NCBI GenBank assembly: GCA_963707655.1
Contig: OY970172.1
Coordinates: 800,001-864,000, forward strand
Direction of reading: 5' to 3'
Length of the DNA: 64,000 nt
From: an uncultured bacterium
GTDB lineage: Bacteria > Babelota > Babeliae > Babelales > Vermiphilaceae
The position numbers and the translations under genes are program-made. The notes under the pieces were generated by a model. The model was not told where the DNA came from and ran no database searches. It was given only the letters and a program-made list of their open reading frames with translations. This document shows, in pieces, positions 60,003 through 64,000 of this stretch. Position 1 is the stretch's first letter; each line of letters opens with the position of its first letter.

Positions 60003-61073
60003 TCACGTACCAAAGAAATCATGGCACCGCTGCAAAATTCTGTCAAACTCATGTTCATTGGCAAGCGAAGACCTTTGTCCTCTGATAAAAGTTATCCCCA
60101 ACACACCCGATTGTTTTGGTGAATAATAGATCAATTCATCTCGCTGATTACCAAGCTCATCAGTCATTACTACTTTCATATTGAGCATATACTGCAATTT
60201 GGTCATGCAATCCTGATTTTTTAGTGCAATAAGATGACCCTGCACAGGAATAACTTTTTTATCTCCCGTTAACTGTTTGGCGCCAATACCGGTACAGTTA
60301 AAGACAACTGCTTCGGGAACATCATCAAACGAGCGTATCTCTGCCTTCGTGACAGAAATGTTCAATTGATCTACGGTGCGCCGCAATTCTTTGATTAATT
60401 TATGCGCATTTATAAAAACCGTTTCATACTCCATGGCCGCATAACTTTTGCCGTTGCCAAAATCGATAGTAACTTTTTCAGCCTTATCAACAACGCCTTG
60501 CGAAATATAAAAATCATAACCAGGATCAATATCAAGGCCAAAATAGACCGGCAGCAACATTGCCGCCTCGCAACTAAGAAAAGAATGCTCTCCGTTAATA
60601 ATTTGTTGGTAAACGGCATATGATTCTATGCCAAGCGAGTGAAATACGGCACGCTCATCATCAGTTGATGTTTTGCGCGAACGGGGAAAAAAGAAGCCGG
60701 CCGCATTGGCAGAAGAAGTTTTTTCTGTTTCTTTGGCAATAATGCGCACTTTGTGGCCAGCGTGCACTAAATGGATCGCTGTTAATAGACCATAGCAACC
60801 CGCACCAACCACCGCTATTGGCTCGTCTTTTAACGCAGGATTTTCAAGCAACTGCTGCTTAAATTGGCGCATTGATTCGTTAACGCTCCCAAATAAAAAA
60901 GTGAGCCCGGCCCCACCTTGGCCATAGTTGTGAAAAACCAGTTTTTCCCTTATTTGTTCAGATGACAGGCGAAACAGACGCTCTCTATGAGCGCGAACAC
61001 AGGTTATTTTTTCTTTGATATGTTCATGAGAAAACTGCGGCGGGGTGAGATATACAATTCGTTGCGCGGTCAT
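60003..61073 (-). CDS. D-amino acid oxidase-family FAD oxidoreductase, circularly permuted
   Basis: FHNYGQGGAGLT precedes the Rossmann VVGAGCYG. SSANAAG, VFNCTGIGA, PVQG. Confidence 0.85.
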   Translation of the reverse strand: MTAQRIVYLTPPQFSHEHIKEKITCVRAHRERLFRLSSEQIREKLVFHNYGQGGAGLTFLFGSVNESMRQFKQQLLENPALKDEPIAVVGAGCYGLLTAIHLVHAGHKVRIIAKETEKTSSANAAGFFFPRSRKTSTDDERAVFHSLGIESYAVYQQIINGEHSFLSCEAAMLLPVYFGLDIDPGYDFYISQGVVDKAEKVTIDFGNGKSYAAMEYETVFINAHKLIKELRRTVDQLNISVTKAEIRSFDDVPEAVVFNCTGIGAKQLTGDKKVIPVQGHLIALKNQDCMTKLQYMLNMKVVMTDELGNQRDELIYYSPKQSGVLGITFIRGQRSSLANEHEFDRILQRCHDFFGT

Positions 61074-61136
61074 TGATTCTTAAGTCCTTTATCATGCACA
61101 CTTATAGTGAATATACATTTTAAGTATAAGGTAATT

Positions 61137-61541
61137 ATGAAAATTATTATTCCCCCTCATGAAATTGAAATCACGAGCAGCAGATCTGGTGGTGCCGGCG
61201 GTCAGCATGTAAATAAAACCAATACGCGCATTACACTGCGCTGGAACGTCAAAAATAGCGCAGTTCTCAATGATGAGGAAAAAGAGCGCGTACTGCAAAA
61301 ACTGCAATCGTCATTAACCACTGAAGGTGATTTGATTATTCATAGCAGTACATCGCGCAGTCAGGATCAAAACAAGAGACTGGCACTTGAGCGCCTCAAC
61401 TACGCGGTAAACAAGGCTTTGCAGGTTCCCAAGAAGCGTCATGCCACAAAAATATCCAAAACAGCACACGAAAAACGATTGCAAAGTAAAGCGCGACACA
61501 GCCTTATTAAGAAAATGCGTAAAATAAACTACCGTGATTAA
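61137..61541 (+). CDS. arfB: Alternative ribosome rescue peptidyl-tRNA hydrolase ArfB
   Basis: RSGGAGGQHVNKT, RSQDQN, basic C-terminal tail PKKRHATK...KRLQSK. Confidence 0.93.
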   Translation: MKIIIPPHEIEITSSRSGGAGGQHVNKTNTRITLRWNVKNSAVLNDEEKERVLQKLQSSLTTEGDLIIHSSTSRSQDQNKRLALERLNYAVNKALQVPKKRHATKISKTAHEKRLQSKARHSLIKKMRKINYRD

Positions 61542-61549
61542 GCGGATCG

Positions 61550-62107
61550 TTATCTATCGCAGCACGGGACAATTAACGGAATACCTATTTCCGGGTCAAC
61601 CAGCTTGATCATTTCAGTCGGCTCCGCCGTAACCATTACTTCAAGCGTGGGCCACACATGCAACTCAAAAAGATGTCCGGCGCGCGTTGTGCCGTCAGAT
61701 GCGCTGACCACCGCATGCGCATGCACTACCGGCTTGCCTTTAAAAAGAGCTATGTTGCCTATCATGGCACCCAGTTCAACCTGACCGATCGGCGAGATGT
61801 TTTTGTATAATTTTTTTTCAGGACAAACCCATCCCAAAACAATGTTGCTTGAAGCGCCAATGGCGGTAAAGCGTGCATTTTTTACCTGGTATTTTTCAGC
61901 GAATTCATGTAATCCGGCAAAAGCCTCGTCACCTTTTTTAAAAACTACGATGTAGTTTTTGCGACCACCCACATCGCTTAAAAGCTGCACCTGCATGCCC
62001 GGTGCTTTCCCCTTTTCTATCTCAAACGAGAGTGATAGATAGGTAGCGTTATCATTTTCTAAAGAATTATTTTTTGATTTAATATCGGACACAAAAATCC
62101 CCCCCAA
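61550..62107 (-). CDS. PPC/DUF296 domain protein
   Basis: VFKKGDE, FTAIGA, GNIA...PVVHAHAVV....GHL....VWPTLEV. Start uncertain. Confidence 0.85.
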   Translation of the reverse strand: MGGIFVSDIKSKNNSLENDNATYLSLSFEIEKGKAPGMQVQLLSDVGGRKNYIVVFKKGDEAFAGLHEFAEKYQVKNARFTAIGASSNIVLGWVCPEKKLYKNISPIGQVELGAMIGNIALFKGKPVVHAHAVVSASDGTTRAGHLFELHVWPTLEVMVTAEPTEMIKLVDPEIGIPLIVPCCDR

Positions 62108-62263
62108 AAACGTTAGATCATAATCACTTTATTATAATACTCAAGCATCAATAGATTGCAAGAATAACCCCCTTCTTGCGCCTTTTTTTATTGATCTTAT
62201 TCTGCTCTCGTGATAGAAAAAACTACGAGTAGTTAAAGAAAGCAGTTAAAAAAAGGGGTCGCT

Positions 62264-63085
62264 ATGAAACAGGCATTTAAATTCTTTATCCCATTATTGT
62301 GCTGTATAGCAATTGCATCGCGCGCAGAAGCAACATACAAAAACTTTGTTATCCTCATCGCATCGTATAATAACGAACAATTCGCAAAGCACAATATTAT
62401 TTCTGCCTTGCAAAACTATCCCGAGAGCCATTACCGTATCATTTTTATTGATGATTGCTCGCAAGATAATACATTGGCTATCGCAATTAATATCCTTGAA
62501 CAACACCAAAGGCAACACCTTGTAACCATCTTTCACAATACTGAGCGCAAAGGGGCTTTATACAATCATTATTACGGCATTCATAATTACATTAAAGATG
62601 AAGAAATTGTTGTTATTCTAGACGGTGATGACCAGTTGGCTCATGCAAACGTCCTAACTTTTCTCAATGATGTCTATTCGAAAAACGATATTTGGCTCAC
62701 GTATGGGCAATTTCAACATATTGTAACTGGCCAAGTTGGCTTCAATTGCCCTATGCCCCATGAAGTGGTAGGAAGCAATAACTTTAGACGGTGGCGGCAC
62801 ATCCCCTCACACTTAAGAACTTTTTATGCAAAGCTGTACAAAAATATCAGAATAGAAGACCTGACCTTGAACGGGGATTTTTTTGAAATGTGCGCCGACA
62901 TGGCAACCATGATTCCCATGATAGAGCAGGCGCGCGATCACTTTAGATTTATTCCGCAAATATTGTATCTCTATAACGACAACAACCCAATCAGTGATCA
63001 CTTCAAAAGTAAGACGTTACAAAGAGAAATAGATCTTTATGTGCGCTCAAGGCAGCCCTATAAACCGCTTGAAAAACTTTTTTAA
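62264..63085 (+). CDS. Family 2 glycosyltransferase with N-terminal signal peptide
   Basis: ILIASYN, FIDDCSQD, LDGDD, LYLYN. Confidence 0.88.
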   Translation: MKQAFKFFIPLLCCIAIASRAEATYKNFVILIASYNNEQFAKHNIISALQNYPESHYRIIFIDDCSQDNTLAIAINILEQHQRQHLVTIFHNTERKGALYNHYYGIHNYIKDEEIVVILDGDDQLAHANVLTFLNDVYSKNDIWLTYGQFQHIVTGQVGFNCPMPHEVVGSNNFRRWRHIPSHLRTFYAKLYKNIRIEDLTLNGDFFEMCADMATMIPMIEQARDHFRFIPQILYLYNDNNPISDHFKSKTLQREIDLYVRSRQPYKPLEKLF

Positions 63086-63231
63086 TATTCGTTCTGGACA
63101 CGCGCCGCTTTGAAAGTTGACTGCTCCCACGGTCAACGCCCTGGACCAAAAACTACTCTTGCTGTTTGTTAACGCGATGAGATACAATAAATAATCATAG
63201 TGATGTAAGTTTTAAGGGGGGAGAAGTCACC

Positions 63232-63741
63232 GTGAAGATATCTATTTTAGTCATCTTTTCTATCGCGTTTTTTCCATTCATAAAAGCTGAGCCTGAACCC
63301 GCTTATTCAGCACGCATTGATAACCCGCATCCACATGAATTCAATATTCACATTAACCACGCGATCATGCAAGACATGTCGCTCAATAATAACAACAAAA
63401 ACAATGCTGCCGGAACAAACTGCATGTGCAGCGAATTATATGGCGCCGCATTGCATGAATGCATGAACTCTCTATCAAGCGAGGATCTGAAAAAAAATTT
63501 CTTAGAGCTTAATCCTCGCTGCGTGCGAAATTATTTAAGAACTGTGGGATACTCGGGAACAGAAGATATTCTTGCCTGCTTCAGTGAGGAGGAGTGGCAA
63601 GATTGGCACAGCAAACTTCCTTCAGAAATACAAAAATGTATAGGAAAAACCAAAGAAGAGGCGAGCAAAAAAGCTCTTGCTAAAATGCACGACGAAGTCA
63701 CTGCACTCATAAGGAAAGAAATGAAACGATGGACTATATAA
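63232..63741 (+). CDS. Secreted hypothetical protein
   Basis: G-rich RBS, GTG start, signal peptide ending IKA. Confidence 0.7.
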   Translation: MKISILVIFSIAFFPFIKAEPEPAYSARIDNPHPHEFNIHINHAIMQDMSLNNNNKNNAAGTNCMCSELYGAALHECMNSLSSEDLKKNFLELNPRCVRNYLRTVGYSGTEDILACFSEEEWQDWHSKLPSEIQKCIGKTKEEASKKALAKMHDEVTALIRKEMKRWTI

Positions 63742-64000
63742 AAAAAATTTTTGTTTTCTTAATCGTCACGACCATAACAGCAAACAGCGAACTAAAGATT
63801 AATATATATCCCGCACTGCATTACACGCAAAATATAGATGTAAACAATACCAACCATAACAGCGCCCTCGCACAACAACCTTTACCCACCATGCAGCACA
63901 CTGCAATGCAAAGCAGTGGGGACCCTATGACAGAGCTTTTGACGCGCCGAATATCCGGCGCATGGAAAGATAACCATTTTCTGCAGCTCCTCTATTCAAA
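63729..64000 (+). CDS. Secreted hypothetical protein, 3' truncated by window edge
   Basis: Manual translation MDYIKKIFVFLIVTTITANSELKINIYPALHYTQNIDVNNTNHNSALAQ..., open to the end of the window. Confidence 0.65.
   Translation, partial: MDYIKKIFVFLIVTTITANSELKINIYPALHYTQNIDVNNTNHNSALAQQPLPTMQHTAMQSSGDPMTELLTRRISGAWKDNHFLQLLYS

Overview
A 64 kb chromosomal window from a bacterium. It is most consistent with a host-dependent, amoeba- or protist-associated lineage such as Dependentiae (TM6/Babelota). That placement is an inference from gene content: many orphan signal-peptide proteins, ankyrin, WD40 and kinase-like proteins, and uptake systems. Housekeeping genes (clpB, tpiA-secG, tyrS, alr, rlmB-like, ftsQ-like/ftsA/ftsZ, metG, potABCDD, an Omp85 family protein, sppA, nagZ, a DEAD helicase, tRNA-fMet, ABC-F, murJ, lolD-like, lon, atpD-atpC, arfB) are interleaved with about 25 predicted exported proteins. 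The most notable observations are as follows. (1) A six-gene tandem array of divergent paralogous small secreted beta-rich proteins lies between clpB and tpiA. (2) Several effector-like families occur: two WD40 paralogs with hypervariable blade positions and an F-box-like N-terminus, a third divergent propeller, a tandem pair of atypical kinase-like proteins, a kinase-lectin fusion, an ankyrin protein and a secreted GT2. (3) A Met-Asp/Glu motif recurs at the predicted mature N-terminus of exported proteins. (4) A site-2 protease homolog lacks its catalytic motifs. (5) A Lys-rich small ORF missed by the ORF track sits upstream of a metallothionein-like small gene. (6) A D-amino acid oxidase is circularly permuted. 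(7) An orphan atpD-atpC pair is followed by a HerA-like ATPase. No CRISPR array, rRNA, integrase or transposase was seen. All calls come from motif reading; no database searches were run.
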